Shown here in pieces: positions 38,230-50,043 of a stretch of 64,000 nucleotides of DNA. The DNA comes from Octopus bimaculoides (taxonomy: Eukaryota). The stretch is taken from the NCBI RefSeq assembly GCF_001194135.2, contig NC_068981.1:89668649-89732648 (forward strand), in the 5' to 3' direction. Every line of letters starts with the position of its first letter. Position 1 is the first letter of the stretch. The position numbers and the translations under genes were made by a program. The notes beneath the pieces are model-generated. The model saw only the letters and a list, made by a program, of their open reading frames with translations, was not told where the DNA came from and made no database searches.

Positions 38230-40200
38230 ACGACTACCTTCGAACGAAAGCTTGATCAATTACCTGTAGAACTTGGACTCCCTGATAGATTTGTATCGTC
38301 AAATGAGACATTAGTTTGACCATATGAGTGTTTGAGATGAATATAGCGATGATGAGTAACGTTAAAGTGATTGGCCTTTGGTTCATAGTCAGTGGTAAGA
38401 TTAATGTGACTGAGAAGAACTTGTTCAGATTCAGAGAACACACTTGTTCAGATTCAGAGAACTCATTTGTTCAGATTCAGAGAACTCACTTGATAAAGTC
38501 TGTTAATTGCAGTGCACTAATAGGACCCAGTCGCATGGAGCGATTTCCCCGAAACCTGATCAAATTGTTGAATAATGGGCATTATTGTTTTCCTTAAACT
38601 TCATAGTTTATAGTAAGTTTCCAGTAGGTTTTTCAACATCTAAATAAAATTGCAATTTTTTTTTTAGCTCTGACTAAAAAAAAGTATCGTAATGGAGTCA
38701 CCCTAGAATGGCAGAAAAACTTTCAAGTATGTGGTATGAGAATCAGGAGCCATGTTATGTTTGCAGGGTTTAAGTTACGTCATAATTGCACAGCAATGAG
38801 AGCCAACGAAGGGTATTAGTCAGGTTTTCCTTTTACTTTTGTAATGAAATATGAAATTGAAAAGATTTTTCGATTCCTATTTCATTTCCATCCTATTTTT
38901 TGTAATAACTACTGCTTTGTCTTCAATTGATATTTATTGAAACATTGATGCAATTTTTTGTTCTGGGCAAGAAAGTTCTGGAAAAGAAAGTGACACTGAA
39001 TTTGTAGTTCGTGAAGCAACAATTTCAAAAGGAAGAGGAATCTCATGTAAAATAGGTGCGAGACGGTAGGAGAGAGTAGACATTAACTATTGAAGTTTTA
39101 AGCGCCATTAATATAGATGTACGTTTTTGGTATGAAAAAGTTGGATTTAGGAATGAAATTAGTTCCAAAAAAGAAAACAGCCTGGTACTGCACTAAATAA
39201 ACAACTCTAGTAGAAGTTGAAATTCTTTAGCATTATTGATGTTGAATAGTAAGTGAAGAGTATTAATGTATCCGAGCCAGGCTGCACAGAAATATTTTCT
39301 CTTTTGTGTTTTAAGTAACAGATGGATATTTGGTGGAGAAGATAAATGCTGTTGTTTGGTATAAAGATGAGTCTCGTAGTAACTGAAATAAAATGAGCCA
39401 AGTTCTCATCGTATTTCTCTAAAGTTTTTGCCCAAAGCAATAGCAGCAATCGAGATAGACGTAAATTTTCTCGATATTTAATAATGATTTTGCTATCCAT
39501 CACTCTTTGAAAAGTGCATATGGTATTACTTAAACTAAATAGTAACCTTGTAACTAGAATAAGCGTCCGCCAACTTAAATGCATATATATATTCTTACCG
39601 TCATGGAGGAAAGAAATCTGATAGTATGTTGCATTCAGATCCAATTTGCTATAGAATATGTTGTAGAAAATAGAACACATGAGATTTTCATTATTAAAAA
39701 GTGGATAGCTAACTAGAAGGAATAAGTTACTGTTTGTGAAAAGTCGGTAACAAGGAATCTTTTGCCACTGTTTCTTGTTACTTCCACTTGATTCCACAAT
39801 GGAGAAACTGAAAGCTCAATAACATTATCAAAAAGCCGTTTAGATTCTGTTTCAATAAAGATTTCGTCAAATGGAGAAAAACAGAGAAATTTAATAGCAA
39901 TTGATTTCAAATCATTGTTTAGCTGAGAAAAATACGGTGATGCAGTCGAATAACAGTAACATTCAACAGACCTCCATTTGTAGGTCAGAGAGTTCCATTG
40001 CCTCTTGAGTGCTTGAGATAATACCAGGCTAAGTGAGACACAATCTGTTATAAATATTGGAGGGAATATCATTTTTGTCATGTCTTGAAACCAAACTGGT
40101 ACTAGGTGTACTTGTTTTTTGCTTTCCTTTTGATTACTTCGGTGAGGTCGAAAGGGAGGATTTGAAGTATGAGAAACCCAGGACACTCATTAGTTTATGC
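38230..40200 (-). mobile_element. Decayed Ty3/gypsy pol (RT, RNase H, integrase remnants)
   Basis: LKSIAIKFLCFSPFDEIFIETESKRLFDNVIELSVSPLWNQV, YSKLDLNATYYQI, TRLLFSLSNTICTFQRVMD and AKTLEKYDENL resemble gypsy RT. Many frameshifts. Confidence 0.75.
38421..38489 (+). repeat. 3 x 23-bp tandem repeat
   Basis: TTGTTCAGATTCAGAGAAC followed by ACAC, TCAT, TCAC. Confidence 0.95.
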
Positions 40201-42734
40201 TTATAATCAGCATAAACAAAACTGAAATATTGATTCAGGATGCTAAACAGACAAAGTTGCAGTTATCTGGGCGTACTCATTACCAATAACATCTCTATCA
40301 GTGCGAATCAGCTCTGAGCCTACTGTGTAACAGCAGAGTTTAGGAGGATAAAAATCTTACAATGAATAAACCAAATTGAATTATAATCAAGCTTACCTTC
40401 TCAGCATTCTACTCTATTACATGTCTCCTATAACATATTTCAGACGAGAAACTGACAGATGTTATAGAGGGCGTATCATATTACAATGTTTACAGTCTTT
40501 GTTTTGCTAGGTTTTTGCTCTCAGATATTTTGAGAGTAGCACCCATATTGCAGAAAGGTTTGTCAATATAAAATTTGGTGTTAATTGTTTATTATTTTTT
40601 TTTTCATCGCAAATCAGGACCAGAAATTCTTGAAACTACAAACAAGCAGTATTATTTTCGTTGCTGTGATATAAATATAACAAGTAAATGACGGAAATGA
40701 AATACTGGCTTCAAATTTTGGCACAAGGTCAGCAATATCGAGGGAGGGGCTCGTCGATTACATCGACTCCACTGTTCAACACTGGTACTTAACATATCGA
40801 CCAAGAGAGGATGATAGGTAAAGTCGACCATGGTGGAATTTGTACTTAGAAAAATAAGGACGGACAAAATGCCGCTAAATATTTTGCCCAGCGTGACTTT
40901 CCCATCAACATTGTTTTCTCAATCGTAGAGGAGCTGAATAGGGTAGTACGGGTTGAAAGGTTCACAACTTTCCGGTGACTCATGCAGCCACGTCCTACGT
41001 TGATATGCCGCCGATGTATGACAGGTAGAGCCATGGTATGGCAATACTGATTTATTATTGATGTAAGAGCCCTTTAAAGAAAGGCTCACTACATTAAGAG
41101 AAAAAGGAAAGGACGGCAAAAGAGAGTCAACCTCGATAGAGAATAAGACGCAACCTCCTATCTATGTTCAGATATATATATTTACATAAGTGCATGAATA
41201 TGTATGTATACACACACACACACACACATATGCATATACCTCGGGCNNNNNNNNNNNNNNNNNNNNNNNNNNNNNNNNNNNNNNNNNNNNNNNNNNNNNN
41301 NNNNNNNNNNNNNNNNNNNNNNNNNNNNNNNNNNNNNNNNNNNNNNNNNNNNATATACATATACATACATATGAGAAAAGAAATGAAGCAACAATTAACA
41401 ATTAGAAGTTGATCACTAGTATTAAAACGGTCATATTCTAATTGTAGCTAAAAAAATTTACACCTGTTTCACTTGGTTATTTTTTAACTAAATTTGCATC
41501 TATCTCGTTCCATTTAAGAAATATCGTGAGAATGATTTATTTATCTTAAATATACGATGTACACCAGGAGCTATAATTCCCTTTAATATATTCACATTAA
41601 AGTTTGATCACTGACTAAAATACTAATTGATAGGGCTGCCACTAACATAAACACGATTAAACGAGCGATTTAGCCTATTCTAGCTGGCTATATTGGTTTT
41701 AATTATATTAATGAGTAGATTGCCCGTGCCGCACATAACGACATTTTTATTTATTTATTTATTTATATCGTATATCGTACTTAAACTTTTAAGAGTATCC
41801 TTAACTTTTAACAGGGGCATTATTTGTAATCACAGGGCAGATTAATCTAACTTTCGTGTCTGTTAAATTTTCTTTATGGTCCTTAATTGTTATGCGAGGT
41901 CTGGAGGGTGAGAAAGGTTCAGTTTTCTCTTCTATGTTGTAGTTGATTATAATCTTCTTGGCGGATAAGTTCAAAGATCTTAGAGTGTTATTAGGCAATA
42001 TTTTGTATTGTTTCATTATTTCTTTGTACAACAACCAGTGGTATCCAAATTATATGAGTTCCTGGTTTTGTCGGAGTGTACAATATTTCCCTTTTGCGAT
42101 TTCAGTTTGTGTAGTAGGTCCATTAAGCTTCTTTTGTATGTATTATTCCTTAGTGGGTGTCGTCAAAATTTTAGGTTCTTAATAGTATCCCAAAGTTCGT
42201 TCTCAAATGCGTCCAGGTAGCTGTTTGGTAGTAGTGTTTTTCGGTGAAGTCTTTGCTGTTGTTGTGATTGGTAGTCTCTGTTCGGCTATTTTTATCGTAG
42301 AACAAGGCTCTCCATCGTAAACAGTGGGTGAAGTCTGTTAATTTTGCAATCACTTCTTTTAGATATACTTCTTTCGGTGGAATCGGTATAAGCTTTAATG
42401 ATGCTTCTATTGTTATTTGTTCCATTTAACAATTAGATGCTTGGGTATTTTCCAGCTAATGCTGTTTAGCAAGAAATATATATGGCGGTCTCGTTATTTA
42501 TTGCAATTAACGACACCAGATATTACTACCAGGTATAACTCTTTCGACATCACCGCCGGTCAACTAGTCATTTTCCCCACTTATTGCTCCATTCATCTAA
42601 TTGGAGAAATATACACACACATGAAACCTTAAAGGACACAAAAATGTAAGCCTCAAGACTAACGAACTTTTTTCTGTTTTCGTTATTCCTTTTCTTTTCC
42701 TTTTTCTCCTGTCTCTATTCCGATGATAAACTCT

Positions 42735-42828
42735 AAATCATTCTGACGATGTTTGTTAAATGGAGCAAGAGATATGAAAATTTATTTCGAAAAAAAGAAA
42801 ATCAAACTGAAACAGCTGTAAATGTTTT
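42735..42828 (+). ncRNA. Type I hammerhead-ribozyme motif in left pLTR
   Basis: AAATCATT-CTGACGA-T-GTTTG...CAAAC-T-GAAAC-AGCT-GTA-AATGTTTT. Helix III is the palindrome ACAGCTGT. Confidence 0.65.
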
Positions 42829-44865
42829 TTAACTACAATTAAACTATGACCTTTCAGTACCAATGATCAACTTCTAATTGTTAATTGTTGCCCCATTTCT
42901 TTTCTTATCTGAATATATTAAACCACGTTCTACCATTTAAATAACATAACCAACTACTGTTAACCATATAGCAAGGCCTATACATAGTGCCTATGGATAC
43001 ATTTATCCCTTAGACGGTTGCATCACCTCTAACTCATAATTTTTCTCTAGAAATTTTCATATATATTTCTTGCTAAACAGCATTAGCTGGAAAATACCCA
43101 AGCATCTAATTGTTAAATGGAACAAATAACAATAGAAGCATCATTAAAGCTTATACCGATTCCACCGAAAGAAGTATATCTAAAAGAAGTGATTGCAAAA
43201 TTAACAGACTTCACCCACTGTTTACGATGGAGAGCCTTGTTCTACGATAAAAATAGCCGAACAGAGACTACCAATCACAACAACAGCAAAGACTTCACCG
43301 AAAAACACTACTACCAAACAGCTACCTGGACGCATTTGAGAACGAACTTTGGGATACTATTAANNNNNNNNNNNNNNNNNNNNNNNNNNNNNNNNNNNNN
43401 NNNNNNNNNNNNNNNNNNNNNNNNNNNNNNNNNNNNNNNNNNNNNNNNNNNNNNNNNNNNNNNNNNNNNNNNNNNNNNNNNNNNNNNNNNNNNNNNNNNN
43501 NNNNNNNNNNNNNNNNNNNNNNNNNNNNNNNNNNNNNNNNNNNNNNNNNNNNNNNNNNNNNNNNNNNATACAAAAGAAGCTTAATGGACCTACTACACAA
43601 ACTGAAATCGCAAAAGGGAAATATTGTACACTCCGACAAAACCAGGAACTCATATAATTTGGATACCACTGGTTGTTGTACAAAGAAATAATGAAACAAT
43701 ACAAAATATTGCCTAATAACACTCTAAGATCTTTGAACTTATCCGCCAAGAAGATTATAATCAACTACAACATAGAAGAGAAAACTGAACCTTTCTCACC
43801 CTCCAGACCTCGCATAACAATTAAGGACCATAAAGAAAATTTAACAGACACGAAAGTTAGATTAATCTGCCCTAATAAATCCGTTCTATGTGAGCTAAGT
43901 AAATTTATCTTACTAGAATTATGGTCAAATACCCACGACGCCCTTAACTGGTTCTCCAATATAAGTTCCGACAAATAGACATCGAGAAGTACTACTCATC
44001 AATTAATAACCCTACGACTCTAAATAGGGCTCTGATTTTCTCTAAAAATCATACCAAATTGGCAATGAATGAAATTAAGGTAATCATAGACGCTAGGAAG
44101 TCTATAATTAAATTCGATAACAAACTATGGGTAAGGAAGGACACCTCAAATTATTTCCCCATCACCATGGGTGTCCCAGACTCAGCACAGGTACCTGATT
44201 TAGTGGGTATTTACCTATTATCTTATTTACACAAAGAATTCCCAGAGATTAGAGGAGGCCTTTACAAAGACGATGCGTGGGTATTTGACCATAATTCCTT
44301 AAAAACGCCTCCAATAGGAGGCTTGAACTACTAAAGAAAAAATTATATAAGGTCTTTAGACGGTTTGGATTAATTATCACGATAGAAAAAGAGGATAATT
44401 CTATTAACTATTTAGATGCCAATTGCAAGTTAACTACGGGATTACATGAACTGTACATCAAACCTAATACCAACCTCAAATATATTAATGCGCATAGCAA
44501 CCACCCAAACTTTATCAAAAGGGGGCTTGTACAGGGTATTAATAAAAGAATTTCGTATCTCTCGTCCAAACGAAGATATCTTCAATAAGTATAAGGAACA
44601 CTATAACATTCCATTGGAAAAAGCAGGTTATAAGCAAAAAATTATGTACCTTTACTTGAAGCCTAATAAAAATAACCCGAATAACATAAATATCTATAAT
44701 TGTAATAGTAGTAATAATAGCCAAGATATCTATAATAATAATCACAAAAAGAATAACAATAACAATAATAGTAGTAACAATAAAAATGGTAGGAAGAATA
44801 TTAAGATTCATAATAATATTAATGACAACAGTAGCTATGTTAACGATAATAATACTAATAATGGT

Positions 44866-44927
<62 letters not shown>

Positions 44928-46603
44928 ACCTAAAAGAACCAATAAAATCCCTGTTAGTAATTATAATACCAAGGTAAATAAAATAAATAAATTGAATATG
45001 AACAACCCTACAAAAGCTGATAGCAATAATAATAGAAATAATAATAATAATTATAACCATAAATTTACGATCTACAACAATGCTGAGGGCAGTTTTTACA
45101 CCAAAAACAAAAATATTAAAATTAACAAGCGGAATAAGGATAACATCCTAATAATCCCATTCGCGATGCAACTAAAAACAGATATAATTAAATCTATAAT
45201 GAAACTCATAAATAAGCACTGCAATATGAATAGGAAATACTCAAAAATCTTTAGCAATAAAATTTGAGTAGGCCACCGCCTAACTAGCAACCTAGCCACT
45301 ATTATAACCTCTTTCAAGAATAAAAAGCTAGACTCCTTCTATGGAACTAGGAAGAATAACAATAAAAAGCAGAACAACCAATCGATTGATATAATAAGTG
45401 ATTCCCCCAAATAACTCGCCCTCTGAAAATTCGGACAACCACCTTTAAATAATAATCCCCTCCACCATATCATAGGAACAGATAATCTTACTAATCTAAG
45501 TGGTTGCAGAGATAAAAGCACTTGTAAATTCTTGAATAAATGTAAAACTAAAAATGTAATCTTCCAATGAGATATATTCTCCAATAAGTACAAGAAAACC
45601 TATATAGGAGCAACTAAAACTGAAATGAAACTTAGATATAATTCCCATCCCTCAAATTTCAGAAAAAGAAATAAAGCTAACTCTACCGGATTAAGTAGTT
45701 ACATCTGAGACCTTAAAGATAATAACATTAATTAGAGATTAGAATAGCGTATCCTACACAAAAACATCTTCATATAACCTTAAAAATAAACGCATAAACG
45801 CTGTAATGAGAAATTCTTCACTTTAATGGTCAAATCAGAATTACTTAATAAACGAGAATAGAAAAATTAACATGCTCATATAAAGATAAATTTTTATTGT
45901 CTAAATAACACTAATATATACATTAGAGGTTATGAGCTGACCTACCTAACATCTGATTACCTTCCCTTGACCCTCTCCGTACCACAGAGCATGATTTAGT
46001 ATCGCATCACAGTTAAATTAAATTACCGGTATAACTGAATTATTTATCTTAAATGTACGATGTACACCACGAGCTATAATTCCCTTTAATATATTCACAT
46101 TAAAGTTAGATCACTGACTAGTATACTAATTGATAGGTGTTGCCACTAATATAAACACGATTAAACGAGCAATTTAGCCTATTCTAGCCGACTATATTGG
46201 TTTTTAATTATATTAATGAGTAGATTGCCCGTGCCGCACATAACAACATTCTTATTTATTTATTTATATCGTATATCGCACTTAGACTTTTAAGAGCATC
46301 CTTAATTTTTAACAAGGGCATTATTTGTAATCACAGGGACTTATCTAGCGTTCTCAAAGAGCGCTATTTATTACAATTAACGACACCAGAGATTACTACC
46401 AGGTATAACTCTTTCGACTAACACTGTCGGTCAACTAGTCCTTTTCCCGACTTATTGCTCCATTCATCTAATTGGAGAAATATGCACACACGAGAAACCT
46501 TAAAGGACACAAAAATGTAAGCCTCAAGACAACGAACTTTTTCCGTTTTCGTTATTCCTTTTCTTTTCTTTTTTCTCCTGTCTATATTCCGATGATAAAC
46601 ACT

Positions 46604-46690
46604 AAATCATTCTGACGATGTTTGTTAAATGGAACAAGAGACATGAAAATTTATTTCAAAAATAACAAACTGAAACAGCTGTAAATATTT
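46604..46690 (+). ncRNA. Type I hammerhead-ribozyme motif in right pLTR
   Basis: AAATCATT-CTGACGA-T-GTTTGTTA...TAACAAAC-T-GAAAC-AGCT-GTA-AATATTT. 8-bp helix II. Confidence 0.68.
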
Positions 46691-46917
46691 GTTAACTACA
46701 ATTAAACTATGACCTTTCAGTACCAATGATCAACTTCTAATTGTTAATTGTTGGTCTATTTCTTTTCTTATCTGAATATATTAAACCATGGTTTACTATT
46801 TAAATTACCAACTACTGTTAACCTTATAACAAGGCCTATACATAGTGAGGTAATACACCATTAGTGCCTACGGATACATTTATCCCTTAGACGGTTGCAT
46901 CACCTCTAACTCATAAT

Positions 46918-46972
<55 letters not shown>

Positions 46973-49134
46973 TAAGAGCAATTGGTAGAGTCGTTAAAGC
47001 ATTAGGTAGAATTCATTGCGAAATTTGTTTAAGCTCTGCACTCTGAGGTCAATACTTTCCTAATTGTACTTTGCCTTTCATCTTTTCGGATTGTTAAGGT
47101 GGTGGATGGGAGAGATGCTAGGACATCAAACGACAAGCCGTAACGTTTCTGTATCAGCTCTAATCATGTAAACTCTTATCCCGATTGTTATCACGGATAA
47201 ATGTGCTTAACGCCGCCTCAGGATAGACTAGAATACTTGTAAAGGCTTGATCAATGTATCTTGTAACAGAAGCGTTTCATATATGGCAAGTGTCTTCTGA
47301 TGTCATCTCGCGTTGATTTATACTGTGTGAGTGAAATTTGCTTTTGGAAATAGTACGGAAGCCAGTCATATCTATACATAACTGTATATGTGCGTTTGTT
47401 TTACTGCGTTTCTCGAATTAATATCGAATTAATATCGAATTAATATTTATTAATTTATTAATAAATTAATAAATTGATAATCCTTTACCCTTTTTAATTG
47501 TAATAATTATTCACTCCCGGATAGTAAACCACATGGTAATTCTTGAGGGAAGATGATGGGCTGGCTCGCCTATGTGGATTTGGAGATACTTTCAAAATGT
47601 GTCGATTGCCATGATGGCGCTAGATCATGCATGCACATTTGCCAGTATCGTCGAATTTACAACAGGAATATCATACCGATGAGGTAATGAAGAGTTTTTC
47701 CGTCTAAACCAGAAACATGTTTATGATTAACTATGGCTAGTTTAGTTCGTTATTTTTCTTCTTGTTTTGCCTATGTGAGTTNNNNNNNNNNNNNNNNNNN
47801 NNNNNNNNNNNNNNNNNNNNNNNNNNNNNNNNNNNNNNNNNNNNNNNNNNNNNNNNNNNNNNNNNNNNNNNNNNNNNNNNNNNNNNNNNNNNNNNNNNNN
47901 NNNNNNNNNNNNNNNNNNNNNNNNNNNNNNNNNNNNNNNNNNNNNNNNNNNNNNNNNNNNNNNNNNNNNNNNNNNNNNNNNNNNNNNNNNNNNNNNNNNN
48001 NNNNNNNNNNNNNNNNNNNNNNNNNNNNNNNNNNNNNNNNNNNNNNNNNNNNNNNNNNNNNNNNNNNNNNNNNNNNNNNNNNNNNNNNNNNNNNNNNNNN
48101 NNNNNNNACATACATACATACATGCATGCATGCATACATACTTACACAAATACATACATACATATGCAAATATATTAGTATATAAAATTGCTTATATATA
48201 CAAGATTATGATGATGTGTATAAATATCAGTAGCTTCATCGTCGTTTTTACCTCTACTTTTTCCATACTTGCATGATTTAGATGAATCTTTTTGTAGTGG
48301 TTATCTAACGCTGAATCTTTCTTCTGACACCAAGACGTGCTTGTTTTCATATAGAATACTGTATTCATACGCCGAGCTTCCAATATCCGCCATATATCAT
48401 TTATGCGAGGCATAAAGAAATGTCACTGATGAGTATGCAATGTTAATGCGAATTTGGACGGAGCAAAAGAAATGATAAAATAAATAAAGGCTTTTATTTG
48501 AGTACATCTAAAATAACCTAGTTGCGTGCCGGTAATCTACGTGTAATTTTATGGTACATTTAAATATAAAGAACAAAATGTTTATATAGAAAGGAAAAGG
48601 GAATCTTCAAAAATGAAAAAAGTAACCAAAGAAATAACGAATTAAACAAGTAAAAATATAAATAATACAATGTCTAAATATAGATAAAAGACATGCAAAT
48701 TAATATGTCAATATATGACATAAATGTTACAGAAAATCAAAGATCTATAAGTACATGTAATAAATGTAACCATACATAAATATATGTAAAAGGCGTTAGT
48801 GAAAGGATATGTGAAAATGTGTATGTAAAATTGTACGTAAATGGATGAAGTATAAATAAATAGCTGCATGTGAGGAATCACAAATTTAGGACAGAAACAC
48901 ATGACTTCGAGCAGTGCAGGATATGGCAAGGTTATTTTAGCTTGGTATAGGATTCTACTGCTTTTAGGATGGATTGTTGGTCTTTTAAAACAATACAAAA
49001 ATGAAAACAAAATATTACAATATGCTTAAATATACATAAATGTACATGCAAAGGGAATATGCCTGTATCTGACATAAATGCTACAGAGATGCAAAGATCC
49101 ACCAGTACACGTAAATATATATAAGCATACATAA

Positions 49135-49167
<33 letters not shown>

Positions 49168-50011
49168 NNNNNNNNNNNNNNNNNNNNNNNNNNNNNNNNN
49201 NNNNNNNNNNNNNNNNNNNNNNNNNNNNNNNNNNNNNNNNNNNNNNNNNNNNNNNNNNNTATACAAAGGTGTAGTTAAAAAGAATATGCAAGAATGTATA
49301 TCATAAAAGGTATTTAAAGTGAGTATACATTAATAAACACAAGGAAGGGACCACAATTAAATAGAAGCTTGGTACAAGTTGGGTCAAGCGCTAAAAGGAT
49401 ATAGGAGGATTCACTTAGGTAAGTAGCGTATAGTAATGCTGTTAGAAAAGCCGAGAAACAAGGTAAAAGCTGACACAAGGAACAGGTAGTTTCACTATGT
49501 GGGGTGTTAAACTACACTAAAGTTCGGGGTGGTCAATAATCTTATATTTATGTAATAGAACGTAAAAGTTAAGACATGCCTAAACAGTCTTTACGATATT
49601 AAATTGTACATGAGTAGTGTTTGGGGCTTTCGTTTATGTGTGGGTTGCTAAATTAGTTTTACAGAATGCTACACATATTGCAAAACTATATTAATATTGA
49701 AGGATTAGATGAGTTTGTTTATACTATTTAAAAATTTTATATTGGCAACATAAAAATAAAAACATTATTAGATATATTAAGGTTTTGCGCTTTAATAGAA
49801 GAAAAAAATTAAGTTTTGGCAGTCCTGATGTTGTATAGTTATTCAGTTTCAAAGCATAACTTTAATTTAGATAACATTTTTATGTCTATACTTAATTGTT
49901 ATATTTCAAATCCTATATCTTGAAGGAATACAAGACATCATTTCTCCGTTTTAGGTTTTTGGACATGTGCAACATGGTTGAAACTTAATTTTAGTTACAA
50001 TTGATCGGGTG

Positions 50012-50043
<32 letters not shown>

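Larger units (their letters stand above)
41537..46915 (+). mobile_element. Decayed Penelope-like retroelement (RT + GIY-YIG) with pseudo-LTRs
   Basis: N-terminus MEQITIEASLKLIPIPPKEVYLK (43117). RT motifs FPITMGVPDSAQVPDLVG and GLYKDD (44059-44334). GIY-YIG remnant KTYIGATKTEMKLRYNSH (~45595-45650). Multiple stops and frameshifts. Diverged direct repeats: 41537-41837 plus 42490-43045 versus 46039-46915. Confidence 0.88.

Noticed and set aside
47413-47474. (TCGAATTAATA)x3 followed by a 30-bp AT-only palindrome
   Set aside because: Readily produced by slippage in AT-rich DNA.
48420-48460. CTGATGA-GTAT...ATGC-GAAT, hammerhead-like
   Set aside because: GAAA is broken and there is no helix I or III complementarity.
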